From contig JBFLWY010000012.1 in NCBI GenBank assembly GCA_040757355.1, forward strand, positions 204-64,203: a DNA stretch of 64,000 nt, given 5' to 3'. A model generated the notes under the pieces. It searched no databases. It was given only the letters and a program-made list of their open reading frames with translations, and had not been told where the DNA came from. The DNA is from Bacillota bacterium. GTDB taxonomy: Bacteria > Bacillota > Desulfotomaculia > Desulfotomaculales > Ammonificaceae. This document shows positions 8,607-18,713 of the stretch, one piece after another (the first letter of the stretch is position 1; each line of letters opens with the position of its first letter). A program made the position numbers and the translations under genes.

Positions 8607-11279
8607 TTACCCGGCCGAGACCTGACGCCCGCAACACTTTTTGTACTTCTTGCCGCTGCCGCAAGGGCAGGGGTCATTGCGCCGCACCTTCTGTTCACGT
8701 CGCACCGTCCGGCCGGTGCCCTCTTCAGGCTGCCGGTTCTCTACGGCCTGCCGCCGCTCCGGCGCAACCGCCACACGCGCCCGGAACAGGTACCGGATAA
8801 CGTCTTCCTGAATCGAGGCCACCATATTCTGAAACATCTCGTAGCTCTCAAACTTATACTCGACAAGCGGGTCACGCTGTCCGTACGCCCTGAGCCCGAT
8901 CCCCTCGCGTAACTGGTCCATCGCGTCCAAATGGTCCATCCATTTTTCATCCACCAAGCGCAAAAGGATCAACCGTTCAAGTTCACGCATGGTCTGTGGT
9001 CCGAGTTCCTTCTCGCGTAGCTCGTAGAACTGCTCTGTCCGCTCGACAAGGAGTTCCCTCAATTCATCCCGCTTCTTGCCGGCAAGCTCTTGAACCTCTA
9101 TTCCGTCGGGTAACAGCACCTGGGCGGCATAATTGGCCAAGCTGTCAAGGTCCCACTCCTCCTGGTGCACCCCGTCCGGACAATACGTAGCGACTGCGCG
9201 AGACACGACTTCCTCTATCATCCCCGCAATAATATCGCGCAGGTTCTCGCCCATCAACACCCGCCTGCGCTGTCCGTATATAACCTCCCGCTGCTGGTTC
9301 ATCACATCGTCGTACTCAAGAACGTGTTTGCGGACGGAGAAATTGCGGTTTTCAACCCGCTTTTGGGCAGTCTCAAGGGAACGGGTGACGATCCCGTGTT
9401 CGATTGGGACGTCTTCCTCTAAACCGAGTCTGGTTGCAAGGTTTGATATGGTTTCGCCGCCGAAAAGACGCAACAGGTCGTCCTCAAGCGATGAAAAGAA
9501 CTGCGTGGAACCTGGGTCCCCCTGACGGCCGCAACGCCCGCGAAGCTGGTTGTCGATCCGGCGGCTTTCATGCCGCTCGGTGCCGATAATGTGCAGGCCG
9601 CCGAGGGCGACCACCTTTTCCCGCTCGGCCTCGGTAATTTTAGTCATCCGGGCCAGGGTTTCTCTAAAAAACCGGCGTGCCTCGGCCACCTCGGGACTTG
9701 AAGGTTCGCCGTACTCTGTGGCCTCGGCGATAACGGCCGCCGGGTAACCCTGACGCCGCATTTCCTCTTTCGCAAGAAAGACCGGGTTGCCTCCCAACAG
9801 AATGTCCGTACCCCGACCGGCCATATTGGTCGCAATTGTCACCGCGCCGAGGCGCCCCGCCTGTGCAACGATTTCGGCTTCTTTTTCGTGATGTTTGGCG
9901 TTGAGCACGTTATGCGGGATGCCCCGTTTTTTCAGCATATCACTGATAATTTCCGATTTTTCGATGGAGATTGTACCAACAAGAACCGGCTGGCCGGTCT
10001 CGTGCCGGCGGGCTATCTCCTCAACCAGGACACTGAACTTGCCCCGTTCGGTTTTAAAGACGGCGTCGGCAAGGTCCTCCCGGATCATCGGCTTGTGTGT
10101 CGGAATAACGACCACGTCGATTCCGTAAATCTTCCGGAACTCTTCTTCTTCCGTCGCAGCCGTACCGGTCATACCGGCAAGCTTTTCGTACATCCGGAAG
10201 TAATTCTGGAAGGTAATGGTCGCCAAAGTCTGTGATTCCCGCTCGATCTTTACTCCCTCTTTGGCCTCGATCGCCTGATGCAACCCGTCGCTGTAACGCC
10301 GTCCGAACATCAGCCGCCCCGTAAACTCATCGACGATAATCACTTGGCCGTCTTTGACCACATAATCCCTGTCCCGCTTCATTAAGGCGTACGCCTTAAG
10401 CGCCTGGCGCAGGTGGTGCATCAGCTCGATGTTCTTCTCGTCTGAAAGGTTTTGGACCTTCAACAACTTCTCAACCTTCGCCACACCGGCCTCAGTGACG
10501 GCGACTGTATGCGCTTTTTCGTCCACCGTGTAATCCTCACCGGTCTTTAAACGCGGTACCAGCCTGGCAAAGGTGTAGTAAAGGTTGGTCGGTTTATTTG
10601 AAGGACCCGATATAATCAGCGGGGTGCGAGCCTCGTCGATGAGAATCGAATCCACCTCATCGACAATCGCGTAATGCAGTTCCCGCTGGACGACCTCTTC
10701 CGGCCCGAGCGCCATGTTGTCCCGGAGATAATCAAATCCGAACTCGTTGTTTGTCCCATAAGTGATATCCGCCTGGTAAACGCTCTTCTTGGTGCTCCAA
10801 TCCAAGCCGTGAACAAGCATACCGACGCTGAGCCCGAGGAAACGGTAAATCTGGCCCATCCACTCCGCGTCGCGGCGGGCAAGGTAGTCGTTTACAGTAA
10901 CGATATGCACACCCCTGCCTGTGAGGGCATTCAAGTAAGCGGGTAACGTAGCGACCAGGGTCTTTCCTTCGCCGGTCCTCATCTCCGCGATCCGGCCCTG
11001 GTGTAACACAGTCCCGCCCATTAACTGGACGTCGAAATGTCGCATCCCCAAGACGCGTTTCGCAGTCTCCCGAACCACAGCAAACGCTTCGGGTAACAGA
11101 TCGTCCAGCAGAGCGCCCCGTCCAAGGCGTTCTTTGAACTCCACTGTCTTGGCGGCCAGCGCAGAATCTGAAAGCGCCTCGACAGAGGGCTCCAGTTCGT
11201 TGATCGCGGTGACGGTGCGCCGCAGCCTCTTAATCTCTTTTGCGTTATCGTCTAAAAGGTTAGTAAGCAACTTAAACAA
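8607..11279 (-). CDS. secA: preprotein translocase ATPase SecA
   Basis: 890 aa with MRTGEGKTL Walker [20 protein letters not shown] and a C-terminal zinc finger [17 protein letters not shown] start with a GGAGGGGG RBS. Confidence 0.97.
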   Translation of the reverse strand: MFKLLTNLLDDNAKEIKRLRRTVTAINELEPSVEALSDSALAAKTVEFKERLGRGALLDDLLPEAFAVVRETAKRVLGMRHFDVQLMGGTVLHQGRIAEMRTGEGKTLVATLPAYLNALTGRGVHIVTVNDYLARRDAEWMGQIYRFLGLSVGMLVHGLDWSTKKSVYQADITYGTNNEFGFDYLRDNMALGPEEVVQRELHYAIVDEVDSILIDEARTPLIISGPSNKPTNLYYTFARLVPRLKTGEDYTVDEKAHTVAVTEAGVAKVEKLLKVQNLSDEKNIELMHHLRQALKAYALMKRDRDYVVKDGQVIIVDEFTGRLMFGRRYSDGLHQAIEAKEGVKIERESQTLATITFQNYFRMYEKLAGMTGTAATEEEEFRKIYGIDVVVIPTHKPMIREDLADAVFKTERGKFSVLVEEIARRHETGQPVLVGTISIEKSEIISDMLKKRGIPHNVLNAKHHEKEAEIVAQAGRLGAVTIATNMAGRGTDILLGGNPVFLAKEEMRRQGYPAAVIAEATEYGEPSSPEVAEARRFFRETLARMTKITEAEREKVVALGGLHIIGTERHESRRIDNQLRGRCGRQGDPGSTQFFSSLEDDLLRLFGGETISNLATRLGLEEDVPIEHGIVTRSLETAQKRVENRNFSVRKHVLEYDDVMNQQREVIYGQRRRVLMGENLRDIIAGMIEEVVSRAVATYCPDGVHQEEWDLDSLANYAAQVLLPDGIEVQELAGKKRDELRELLVERTEQFYELREKELGPQTMRELERLILLRLVDEKWMDHLDAMDQLREGIGLRAYGQRDPLVEYKFESYEMFQNMVASIQEDVIRYLFRARVAVAPERRQAVENRQPEEGTGRTVRREQKVRRNDPCPCGSGKKYKKCCGRQVSAG

Positions 11280-11296
11280 GGGTTATCCCCCTCCGC

Positions 11297-11326
11297 ATAA
11301 AACAAGGAACCTCTTGCGGTTCCTTG
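11297..11326 (-). terminator. rho-independent terminator or attenuator just upstream of the secA RBS
   Basis: Minus-strand RNA forms CAAGGAACC-GCAAGA-GGUUCCUUG (9-bp perfect stem) followed by UUUUAU. It is 62 nt after the stop of the 217-aa ORF. Confidence 0.6.
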
Positions 11327-11387
11327 ATCAATAATCACCATACGCTTGCTTCCACAATTATAATTTTATCACTTCAACTCTTCTTGT

Positions 11388-12041
11388 TCAACCGGTCAGT
11401 ACGCTAAGGCGCCGGTTTATGGCGTCGAGTGTGGCCTTTACAATTGCTTCCGATTCCTCCTCGCCGACCACCGCCGTCCCGGTCAAGAACTCCTCCCCCA
11501 GAGGGGAAAGGAGCGAGACACCGACTAAGACCACCTGTTTCCCGGCTAACGTGACCACGGCAAGGTCCTCCAAAATGAAGGTGTAGCCGCTTTGAGACTG
11601 ATTATCGAGAGCCGTAAGCATCGCCTGGGCGACCAACCGCCGCCGGTTCCGGGTTGAGGCCGGGCCTACTGCTACACCGCTCAAGACCGATCCCTTGCTG
11701 GCAATTTCCACCCGGACCTCTATTTGATTACCTTTGGTACTCACATTGAGGCCTATAAAGCGGGGGCGTTGTTCGGTCGGTATCAAACCGTTGCTTTCCG
11801 GCGGCTCTTGAAGATGGTTTACGGTTACCGTATCCGGCTTGATGTCGACCGCAAAGTACTTCTTCAGGACCTCCACAACGTCCCCAGCCACATCCGACGA
11901 ACTCCGCTCTGCACCCGCTAAAACCTGAATTGCATTCACGGTGCCGTCCGTGCCTGTAATGACGCGAGCAGAAACCACATCCGGAATATTACGCAGCATT
12001 TCCTCGCATAAGGTTACCTGCCCAGCCTCTAAAGTAGTCAT
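11388..12041 (-). CDS. hypothetical protein (no family recognised)
   Basis: 217-aa ORF wedged between hpf and secA. It starts 28 nt after the hpf stop, has coding-like composition and no TM segment. The two halves are rich in V/A beta-alpha patterns. Confidence 0.6.
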   Translation of the reverse strand: MTTLEAGQVTLCEEMLRNIPDVVSARVITGTDGTVNAIQVLAGAERSSSDVAGDVVEVLKKYFAVDIKPDTVTVNHLQEPPESNGLIPTEQRPRFIGLNVSTKGNQIEVRVEIASKGSVLSGVAVGPASTRNRRRLVAQAMLTALDNQSQSGYTFILEDLAVVTLAGKQVVLVGVSLLSPLGEEFLTGTAVVGEEESEAIVKATLDAINRRLSVLTG

Positions 12042-12069
12042 TTTCCTCCCCCTGTCAAAACCAGGACTT

Positions 12070-12606
12070 TTACGCCAGTTCCGGCTCGATCAGCCCGTAG
12101 TTTCCGTCCTTCCGCCGGTAAATAACACTCACCGCATCCGTCTCTGCATTAGTAAATACGAAAAAGTTGTGGCCCAGTAAGTTCATTTGCATTATGGCCT
12201 CTTCTATACTTATCGGCTTCATCGCAAAACGCTTTACTCTTACCACCTTATACTCCTCAACCGGTTGTTCCGCCGCGTCCTGGGCCGGCAACTCACTACC
12301 GGGCGCTGCGTTCGCCCGTACCCTCCGATTAAAGCGACTCTTGTACTTCTCAACCTGCTTTTCCAGCTTTTCCACTACCATATCAACCGCCGCGTACATG
12401 TCATGAGTTGCCTCTTCACCCCGGAGGATAATTCCGTTAACCGGTATCGTTACTTCTACCCGGTGGTTCTCCTTTTCCACAGAAAGGAGCACCTGAGCTT
12501 CGCCGAAGTTATTAAAGAACCTGTTCAACTTGGCGATCCTTTTGTCTACATAGCTTCTCAACGCGTCGGTTACCTTAATGTTCTTTCCCCTGACTGATAC
12601 CTGCAT
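12070..12606 (-). CDS. hpf: ribosome hibernation promoting factor, long form
   Basis: MQVSVRGKNIKVTDALRSYVDKRIAKL... N-terminal sigma-54-modulation/S30EA domain plus the C-terminal dimerisation domain (RVKRFAMKPISIEEAIMQMNLLGHNFFVF). Confidence 0.92.
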   Translation of the reverse strand: MQVSVRGKNIKVTDALRSYVDKRIAKLNRFFNNFGEAQVLLSVEKENHRVEVTIPVNGIILRGEEATHDMYAAVDMVVEKLEKQVEKYKSRFNRRVRANAAPGSELPAQDAAEQPVEEYKVVRVKRFAMKPISIEEAIMQMNLLGHNFFVFTNAETDAVSVIYRRKDGNYGLIEPELA

Positions 12607-12730
12607 GCCCTCAACTCCTTTCGTAAAACGAAGGGCTCTTTGGTATATTATTTCCTCTTTTCGGGCCGAATTCCTTCCTTAACCTCAAAAGGTTTTTGGC
12701 AGGGCGGAAAACCCCAAAAGAACCTAAATA

Positions 12731-12758
12731 TAAAAGACCCCGGCTCGCAGCCGGGGTC
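12731..12758 (-). terminator. rho-independent terminator of the cold-shock gene
   Basis: Minus-strand RNA forms GACCCCGGC-UGCGA-GCCGGGGUC (9-bp GC-rich stem) followed by UUUUAUAUUU. It lies 12 nt after the stop codon. Confidence 0.85.
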
Positions 12759-12770
12759 TCCGATTTGTCA

Positions 12771-12971
12771 TTATAATTTTGTTACGTTAGCTGCTTGCGG
12801 CCCCCGCGGACCTTGCACTATCTCAAATTCAACCTCCTCGCCCTCCTGGAGCGATTTAAAGCCTCTCTCCTGAATAGCGGAGTAATGCACAAAAACATCT
12901 CCCCCACCATCCAACCGTTCAATAAAACCGTAACCCTTTTCCCTGCTGAACCACTTGACTCGACCTTGCAT
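12771..12971 (-). CDS. cold-shock protein (CspA family)
   Basis: 66 aa with RNP1 KGYGFI and RNP2 VFVHYS motifs. Confidence 0.95.
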   Translation of the reverse strand: MQGRVKWFSREKGYGFIERLDGGGDVFVHYSAIQERGFKSLQEGEEVEFEIVQGPRGPQAANVTKL

Positions 12972-13124
12972 TTAAAACATTCCTCCTGAAAAATTTCTTG
13001 CGCGGGTTGCCGCGTAGCCGTATCGTAACACACCGCATATCGCCTGTCAAGTTTTTGAAGTACGCTTTTGCTGTGGGCGCCCGGATCAAAAGCTTTCCCG
13101 CTTTTCCCGGCAGCAACCCGGAAG

Positions 13125-13844
13125 TTATGAGCCGGCCTTAATAATCTGTACGGTGAGTTTGCGCTGGAAACGCTGCAATACCTGGACGGTATTCCAGCCT
13201 AATATGAGGCAGAATAAGACGTTTCCGACAGCATGTAGAGTATCGAACCAAAAACTTGCTACACAAGCGGCGATAAAGGCCTTCCAGTTCAGGGGGTGTA
13301 AAAAATATGTCCAAAACCAGAGGTTCATACCCCAACCGAAAATGTATCCCCAGAGAAGGTTGAAAAAGGCCAAGCTCCTGATGTTTGATGTCGGCCATAC
13401 CATTCCCCACAAACCTGCAGACACCCCGGCCAGTCCCCAATAAAACATCTGCCAGGGTGTCCAGGGACCCTGCCCCAAAAAGAAATTCGAGACCAGTGCA
13501 GCCGTGGAGCCGACCAGGAAGCCAGCCCGCGGACCGAAAACAAATCCGGAGATGATTACAATAAAGGTGGTCGGCTGTATCCCGGGCAATGCGGTGCAGC
13601 AAACGCGCCCCAGCGCTGCTATTGTGCCCAGAACGGAAATCACCGCCACCTCCCTATGGAGACCCCGGCTTCGCCCGTACGCTGTGTAAAACAGAATCAA
13701 AGCAACACCAACCATTACGGTGGAAATCAGGCCCCAACCCTGCCCGGTTACAAGGCCTTTTCCGCGGAGACTACATACCAACAACACAAAAAGGGCTAAT
13801 AGCAACAAGGGAAGGGTTAACTTCCTTATCAATGTGCTACGCAT
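13125..13844 (-). CDS. ECF-transporter substrate-capture (S) component candidate, presumably corrinoid-specific
   Basis: Polytopic membrane protein with ~6-7 hydrophobic segments and an FVFGPRAGFLVGS motif like other S components. It is the last gene of the riboswitch operon. ATG 13844 (MRSTLIRK) overlaps the ATPase stop by 8 nt. Specificity is inferred from context only. Confidence 0.6.
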   Translation of the reverse strand: MRSTLIRKLTLPLLLLALFVLLVCSLRGKGLVTGQGWGLISTVMVGVALILFYTAYGRSRGLHREVAVISVLGTIAALGRVCCTALPGIQPTTFIVIISGFVFGPRAGFLVGSTAALVSNFFLGQGPWTPWQMFYWGLAGVSAGLWGMVWPTSNIRSLAFFNLLWGYIFGWGMNLWFWTYFLHPLNWKAFIAACVASFWFDTLHAVGNVLFCLILGWNTVQVLQRFQRKLTVQIIKAGS

Positions 13845-15513
13845 GGAAAACCCGCCCCGATTTCGCTCTAGGAGCAACCCGCTGCAGAGCATCCTTGACC
13901 GTTACTACACCCTCTGCATAGCCTCTGAAAAGCTTACCCATCTGAGTGGTGTAAAACAACGACTCCCCGAGAACACGGGTTTTAGCGCCATCACTGACTA
14001 TGCGGCCGTCGAAGACCAATACCACCCGCGAAGCAAATTCCGCGGCAAATTCGATATCGTGGGTGACAAGTACTATGCTGACCCCGCTCCGGGCAAGGCC
14101 CGTTAGGAATTCTCCAAGCTCGGCCTTTAACACCGGGTCCAAGCCCCGGGTAGGTTCGTCAAGCGCCAGTAGGCTGGGCTGCATCACCGCCACCGACGCT
14201 AAGGCCACTCGTTGCCGCTCCCCGCTGCTGAGGTCGCGGGGGTGCCGGCGCCGGCTTTCGTCCAACCGCAACCGCCGGAGGAGTTCGTCCACGATACCGT
14301 CATCACGAAGTCCGTGGTTTCGGAGTGTAAATAACAATTCCTCCTCAACGGTCTCCCGGAGCAGATAATCGTTGGGGTTCTGAGAAAGGTAGGCCGGTCG
14401 CCGGTCCCTTCTCATACTGTCAGCGGTCTCTTCGCTCCCCGACAACACCTTTCCCCGTCCCGGTTTGAGCAGTCCCACCATTATTTTCAACAACGTGGTT
14501 TTCCCGGCCCCGTTTTCGCCCACCACGGCTACAAACTCTCCGGTACCCACCTCGAGGTTTACGGCGCGCAAAGCCTCCCTGCCGTTGGGATAGGTGAACC
14601 ACACGTCCTTCAACCGAACCACAGTAGCCGGTCGCGGGGCCGCCTTAGCGGCGGTTTCCGGTTGCGACCCAGCAAACGTAAAACTTGTTGGGAGAAGCTT
14701 ACGCCCTTCTTGAACTGTAAGAGGAACGGGGGAAACGCCTAGATGAGCGAAAAACCTGGCAACGGGCGGCACAAAGGGAAACCCTTTCTCTACCGCCCAA
14801 AGCGCTGCCTTTACCGGCTTTTCATCCTGGACGATCCGGCCATCGGTCATAAAAACCACCCGGTCAGCCAGGTGGTAACAACGCTCCAACCGTTGTTCCA
14901 CCAGTATTACAGTCAAACCGATTTCTTCATTTAATCGCTTTACGAGGTTCAGCAACTCTTCAGCGGCCACCGGGTCAAGTTGAGAAGTAGGCTCGTCGAG
15001 GATAAGCGCCCGCGGTTGCATCGCGAGCACAGCAGCAAGCGCCAGTTTTTGTTTCTGCCCGCCGGACAGGCTCGCGGTGAATTCCCCCCTCAACGAGGTA
15101 AGTCCTAAAAAACCCATGACCTCCGCGGCCCGCCGAAGCATTTCGTCCGGAGGCAGCCCCAAGTTTTCGAGGCCAAAGGCGATCTCCGCTTCGACACCGG
15201 TCATCACCACCTGTTTTTCCGGATCCTGAAAGACCATCCCTACTTCCCGCGCCACCTGCCGCCCATCCAGCTTACTCATTCTCTGCCCGCGAAAGTAAGT
15301 TTCTCCCGCAATCCTTCCCCCATAGAATTCCGGAATCAACCCGGCCAGGACCCGAACAAGAGAGGACTTCCCCGACCCGGAACCGCCGGCAACCAGCAGG
15401 AACTCCCCCTCGCCGATGCTCAGATTGATCTGTTGCAAAGCGGGACGTAACGCGTCCGGGTAAAAGTAGGTTAAATTTTCAATCTTAAACAAGGACAATA
15501 CCGCCACCCCCAA
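13837..15513 (-). CDS. ECF-transporter ATPase, fused double ABC cassette (EcfA-EcfA')
   Basis: Two cassettes are present. Walker A motifs are GGSGSGKSS and GENGAGKTT; signatures are LSGGQKQKL and LSSGERQRV; Walker B motifs are LILDEPTS and LLALDEPTR. The start is uncertain (a TTG near 15498 has a better RBS). Confidence 0.9.
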   Translation of the reverse strand: MGVAVLSLFKIENLTYFYPDALRPALQQINLSIGEGEFLLVAGGSGSGKSSLVRVLAGLIPEFYGGRIAGETYFRGQRMSKLDGRQVAREVGMVFQDPEKQVVMTGVEAEIAFGLENLGLPPDEMLRRAAEVMGFLGLTSLRGEFTASLSGGQKQKLALAAVLAMQPRALILDEPTSQLDPVAAEELLNLVKRLNEEIGLTVILVEQRLERCYHLADRVVFMTDGRIVQDEKPVKAALWAVEKGFPFVPPVARFFAHLGVSPVPLTVQEGRKLLPTSFTFAGSQPETAAKAAPRPATVVRLKDVWFTYPNGREALRAVNLEVGTGEFVAVVGENGAGKTTLLKIMVGLLKPGRGKVLSGSEETADSMRRDRRPAYLSQNPNDYLLRETVEEELLFTLRNHGLRDDGIVDELLRRLRLDESRRRHPRDLSSGERQRVALASVAVMQPSLLALDEPTRGLDPVLKAELGEFLTGLARSGVSIVLVTHDIEFAAEFASRVVLVFDGRIVSDGAKTRVLGESLFYTTQMGKLFRGYAEGVVTVKDALQRVAPRAKSGRVFHA

Positions 15514-16409
15514 CTCAATAAAACCGGTACCGACAAAAGGAGAATTATCGCCAGCAAGCCGGTGAGGGTCGCAGAATCAGCAACCAGGAACCCCAACCGC
15601 GGGTAGAAATCAAAAGAACCGCAACCGCGGACCCGGCACCAAACTGCCACCGCCAGGGCCAAAATGGCGCTGCCCGCACATAAGACATCCCGGGGACGGG
15701 TTAAATCCCTCCGGTAGCACGAACGCCGGCCGCTGCCATAGGCCCGCGCGTGCAGGGCTTCCGCAATTTCAAGAGAACTTTCCAGGGAAGAAGAAAGTAA
15801 AACAGTAACCGGCAACGTGCTTTTCTCCAACCTTTCTTTCCATGTACCTTTCTTAAAATCAACCCCACGGCATACAAGGGCTTCCCGGATGATCCCGAGA
15901 TGCCTGGCCATCATCGGAACCATCCTGGAAGACAAGGACAAAACCAGAGCACTTCCTGCAGCAAAGCGGGAAATCAGGTTCAGCACCTTATCGGGGTGCA
16001 CCATCAGATTATACAGGCAAAACACACTGACCACGTTGAGTAGCCGGACCCCCATGGCCGCGCCGCAGCAAAGGGCTTCCAAGGAAACGGTCACTGCTCC
16101 GATAACCGGTAGCCGTGGACCGTCCCAGATAACACTCTCGCCGCAGTTTACCGTTAGAGCGTTCACAATTATGATAAATAACGTCATGCCTACGGCAAAT
16201 TTTAGGTAACTCTCCCAGTAGCCCAGCCCATCAACGGCCCGTATGCTCAGGAAAATAACCCCTAATATGCCGAGGAGATAAAGCGGGTGATTGAACAATA
16301 GTGAAAGAACGAATAAAACACCCACGTAGGTCATGGCAGTTACAGGGTGGAGGCTTTGTAAAAACAGGCCCTTTTCTTGGTAGAAGAATTTTTCAAACAC
16401 CGGGTTCAC
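15471..16409 (-). CDS. ECF-transporter transmembrane (T) component, EcfT/CbiQ family
   Basis: 312 aa, multi-TM, with the ARG-containing coupling helices (SRMVPMMARHLGIIREALVCRGVD) typical of CbiQ/EcfT. Confidence 0.85.
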   Translation of the reverse strand: MNPVFEKFFYQEKGLFLQSLHPVTAMTYVGVLFVLSLLFNHPLYLLGILGVIFLSIRAVDGLGYWESYLKFAVGMTLFIIIVNALTVNCGESVIWDGPRLPVIGAVTVSLEALCCGAAMGVRLLNVVSVFCLYNLMVHPDKVLNLISRFAAGSALVLSLSSRMVPMMARHLGIIREALVCRGVDFKKGTWKERLEKSTLPVTVLLSSSLESSLEIAEALHARAYGSGRRSCYRRDLTRPRDVLCAGSAILALAVAVWCRVRGCGSFDFYPRLGFLVADSATLTGLLAIILLLSVPVLLSWGWRYCPCLRLKI

Positions 16410-16478
16410 TTCCTGATTCGCAACCTTGATATGGGTTACACCGGTGGACCGAGGGCACCGAAAATCTTCGCGCCGGGT

Positions 16479-17855
16479 CTAATACCGTATAAACACCGTG
16501 CCCGTGGTACTGTCCCAATCCACGCGATAGCCGAAAGCTTCCGCTACAAACCTAGCGGGGAGATAAGTCCTACCGCTCTTAATCAAAGGGATGGCGTCCA
16601 TTTTTTTAGCCCGGCCGTTCACATTGAGGACGGCATTTCCGATAACCAGGTCAAGTTCCGTCCCGTCCATCTTCAGGTTGACGGACCGGTTGCCGGCGTT
16701 CCAACGGATACCGGCTTCCGGCACGCCCAATGCACTCGCCAGATAACGCACGGGAACATAAGCGCGCCCGTTTTCAATAAACGGGCTGGCGTCGGCAACC
16801 AACTCTTGCCGGCACTCTCCCAAAACAACCGTATAGCGGCTGCTCCCGATGGTGAAACAAGCTTCTCTTTTCTTCTCATCCACTTTGCACGCAGCAGGCT
16901 GGGTATCCTTGTTCAACCTGCGAAAGAACGGTTCACCGCAGCGAAGGTCCGCTAAGGCCAGCAAAGCCTGGTAAGTGCTCATTTCGTTGCTTCCCGCACC
17001 CCTCACGTGTTCGAACGAGCCATCGGGCAACTGGAAGCGAAGCAACGCGTCGAGAAGACCGCCACCTGCCCGGCTGAATCCTTCCGAAGGATCGGCACTC
17101 ACTGACAACAGGCCTTCAATGACCATGGCACAGCTTTCCGGATTCTCTATACCCCATGATTCAAAACCGCCGTTTTCTTTCTGCGCACGTTGCAAAAAGC
17201 CGACAGCTCGCTCAACTGCGGTACTTTTATCATCGAGACCCAAAGCGCCAAGCGCCATCAACGCCGCGCCGGTTGTATCCACATCGGCCGTACTCATGTC
17301 CGCGGCATTCCAGCAAAAAGAACCGTCCGGATGCTGCCGCGTCGTTAACCACTCTATGGCGGCATCCTTGTCTGGAACGGCCGCACCTGCAGCGTACAGG
17401 GCCAACACCGCCCAAATATGAGCGTTAACAAGCCGTTCGCCGCCGGTAGTGACGTTATCGGCAAACTTGCCACTGGCAAGCTGAGCTTCCTTAAGCTTTC
17501 GCAAAAGGTCATACCCCTGGTAGTCTGCAGGGTCGCCGCCGGCGGCAAGCACCGTCAACACCAGTACCGCATAGTCGTTGGTTTCACCGGAGCTGAGGGC
17601 TGCTGCAAGCATCTTTTCAGCAGCACGGTCGACCTGTGTTAAAGTCAAATTTTGTCCCGCAGCCGCGAGGGCGATGTAACTCCAGGGGGATAAAGGCCCA
17701 CTACTCCTTTCTTTTGACAGCAGATAGCCGGCCGTACGTTGCACCGGTTGGTCCACGTCGCTTCTGGTAAAAGCACGGGCGTTTCCAGCATTAATACATG
17801 CCACCATACCGGTTATTAACAACACCACGAGAAACCTGCTGTTGTTTATTCGCAC
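16479..17855 (-). CDS. secreted alpha/alpha-toroid (prenyltransferase / terpene-cyclase-like repeat) protein with C-terminal copper-amine-oxidase-N-like domain
   Basis: GTG 17855 (RBS GGAGAGGTG) gives a signal peptide RINNSRFLVVLLITGMVAC. Repeated Q-x-x-DG-[SG]-F motifs occur (RQHPDGSFCW, QKENGGFESW, FQLPDGSFEH, LASGKFAD). The C-terminus RAYVPVRYLASALGV...GRTYLPARFVAEAFGYRVDWD resembles the Cu_amine_oxidN1 stalk domain. Confidence 0.75.
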   Translation of the reverse strand: MRINNSRFLVVLLITGMVACINAGNARAFTRSDVDQPVQRTAGYLLSKERSSGPLSPWSYIALAAAGQNLTLTQVDRAAEKMLAAALSSGETNDYAVLVLTVLAAGGDPADYQGYDLLRKLKEAQLASGKFADNVTTGGERLVNAHIWAVLALYAAGAAVPDKDAAIEWLTTRQHPDGSFCWNAADMSTADVDTTGAALMALGALGLDDKSTAVERAVGFLQRAQKENGGFESWGIENPESCAMVIEGLLSVSADPSEGFSRAGGGLLDALLRFQLPDGSFEHVRGAGSNEMSTYQALLALADLRCGEPFFRRLNKDTQPAACKVDEKKREACFTIGSSRYTVVLGECRQELVADASPFIENGRAYVPVRYLASALGVPEAGIRWNAGNRSVNLKMDGTELDLVIGNAVLNVNGRAKKMDAIPLIKSGRTYLPARFVAEAFGYRVDWDSTTGTVFIRY

Positions 17856-17887
17856 GAGTTCACCTCTCCGCAATAGATTACGTCCTA

Positions 17888-18622
17888 CTAGAAACCGAGA
17901 CTCTCCCAACTGGGGCCCGGGTTATCAATGCTTTCACTGTACCACCAGATAATCTTATCACCGTGCGCTATTCTCTTGGCTCCGGCCGCAATCATTGCAA
18001 CTTCGCCGTTGACCTTGTACATCCAACCGCACATTCCCTTGTTCGACTGCCCTGCTATACTGAACACCAGGTCATGATGCACGGCGCTTAGGCTGTAATC
18101 CAGCCCAGCGGCATCCAGGGCGCCTAAAACCGTTAAGCCCCATTTTCCACTGTTATTAACCACAACATTGGCAGGACCATATATCAAAACGCCTTTCATT
18201 CCAACGACGGCAATCGCTACCTGGACACTTCCGCCGGCTGGGGCCGCCGGCACCGCACCCTCTAAACCGCCCTCTTGACTGTCTGCCGGGAGTAAGTCCG
18301 ATCCGGACAGGCCTGACCGGCTTCCTTCGGGGGGAAGATTATTCTTAGGTTTTTGGAGCGGTCCAAAGTTTTTGACACTTTCGCTACCTGCCGAAGAACT
18401 CTCCGGCTTGATCTCTCCGGAAACCGTTTCATAAGTACTTTCGACTGCTGAACCTCCATTACCTGATTTCACAGCAGGCGAGCCTTCGTGATAACTCCCC
18501 GGCTCCCCGCACATATCATTGTCCGGCCGTGGGGAGTTAAGCTTCTGTTTGCACAAGGCCGGCCCCAGCAGGCACGACAGTATTATCAGCGCCGTTAAAA
18601 TATAACCCAAGTTACGTGTCAA
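17888..18622 (-). CDS. membrane-anchored DUF4430-type (transcobalamin beta-domain-like) protein
   Basis: TTG 18622 (RBS GGGGGTGG) gives the N-terminal TM YILTALIILSCLLGPALC, then a Ser/Pro/Gly-rich linker. The C-terminal domain VAIAVVGMKGVLIYGP...KWGLTVLGALDAAGL...GMCGWMYKVNGE...GDKIIWWYS is clearly paralogous to aa 663-770 of the 987-aa protein. The ORF-track start at 18676 is an alternative. Confidence 0.75.
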   Translation of the reverse strand: MTRNLGYILTALIILSCLLGPALCKQKLNSPRPDNDMCGEPGSYHEGSPAVKSGNGGSAVESTYETVSGEIKPESSSAGSESVKNFGPLQKPKNNLPPEGSRSGLSGSDLLPADSQEGGLEGAVPAAPAGGSVQVAIAVVGMKGVLIYGPANVVVNNSGKWGLTVLGALDAAGLDYSLSAVHHDLVFSIAGQSNKGMCGWMYKVNGEVAMIAAGAKRIAHGDKIIWWYSESIDNPGPSWESLGF

Positions 18623-18713
18623 CGAGAACCACCCCCACGATAAGCCGAATCCGTCACGCCGGAAGGAGCGCCGCACCCGCTGCAGCGCTCCCTCCAGTCC
18701 TTTGATGTTACTC

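Noticed and set aside
13138-13602. 154-aa alternative-frame ORF inside the S-component gene
   Set aside because: It is the same strand but a different frame from a clearly membrane-protein-like reading frame that is translationally coupled to the ATPase. Its product is Arg/Cys/Gly-rich and non-protein-like.
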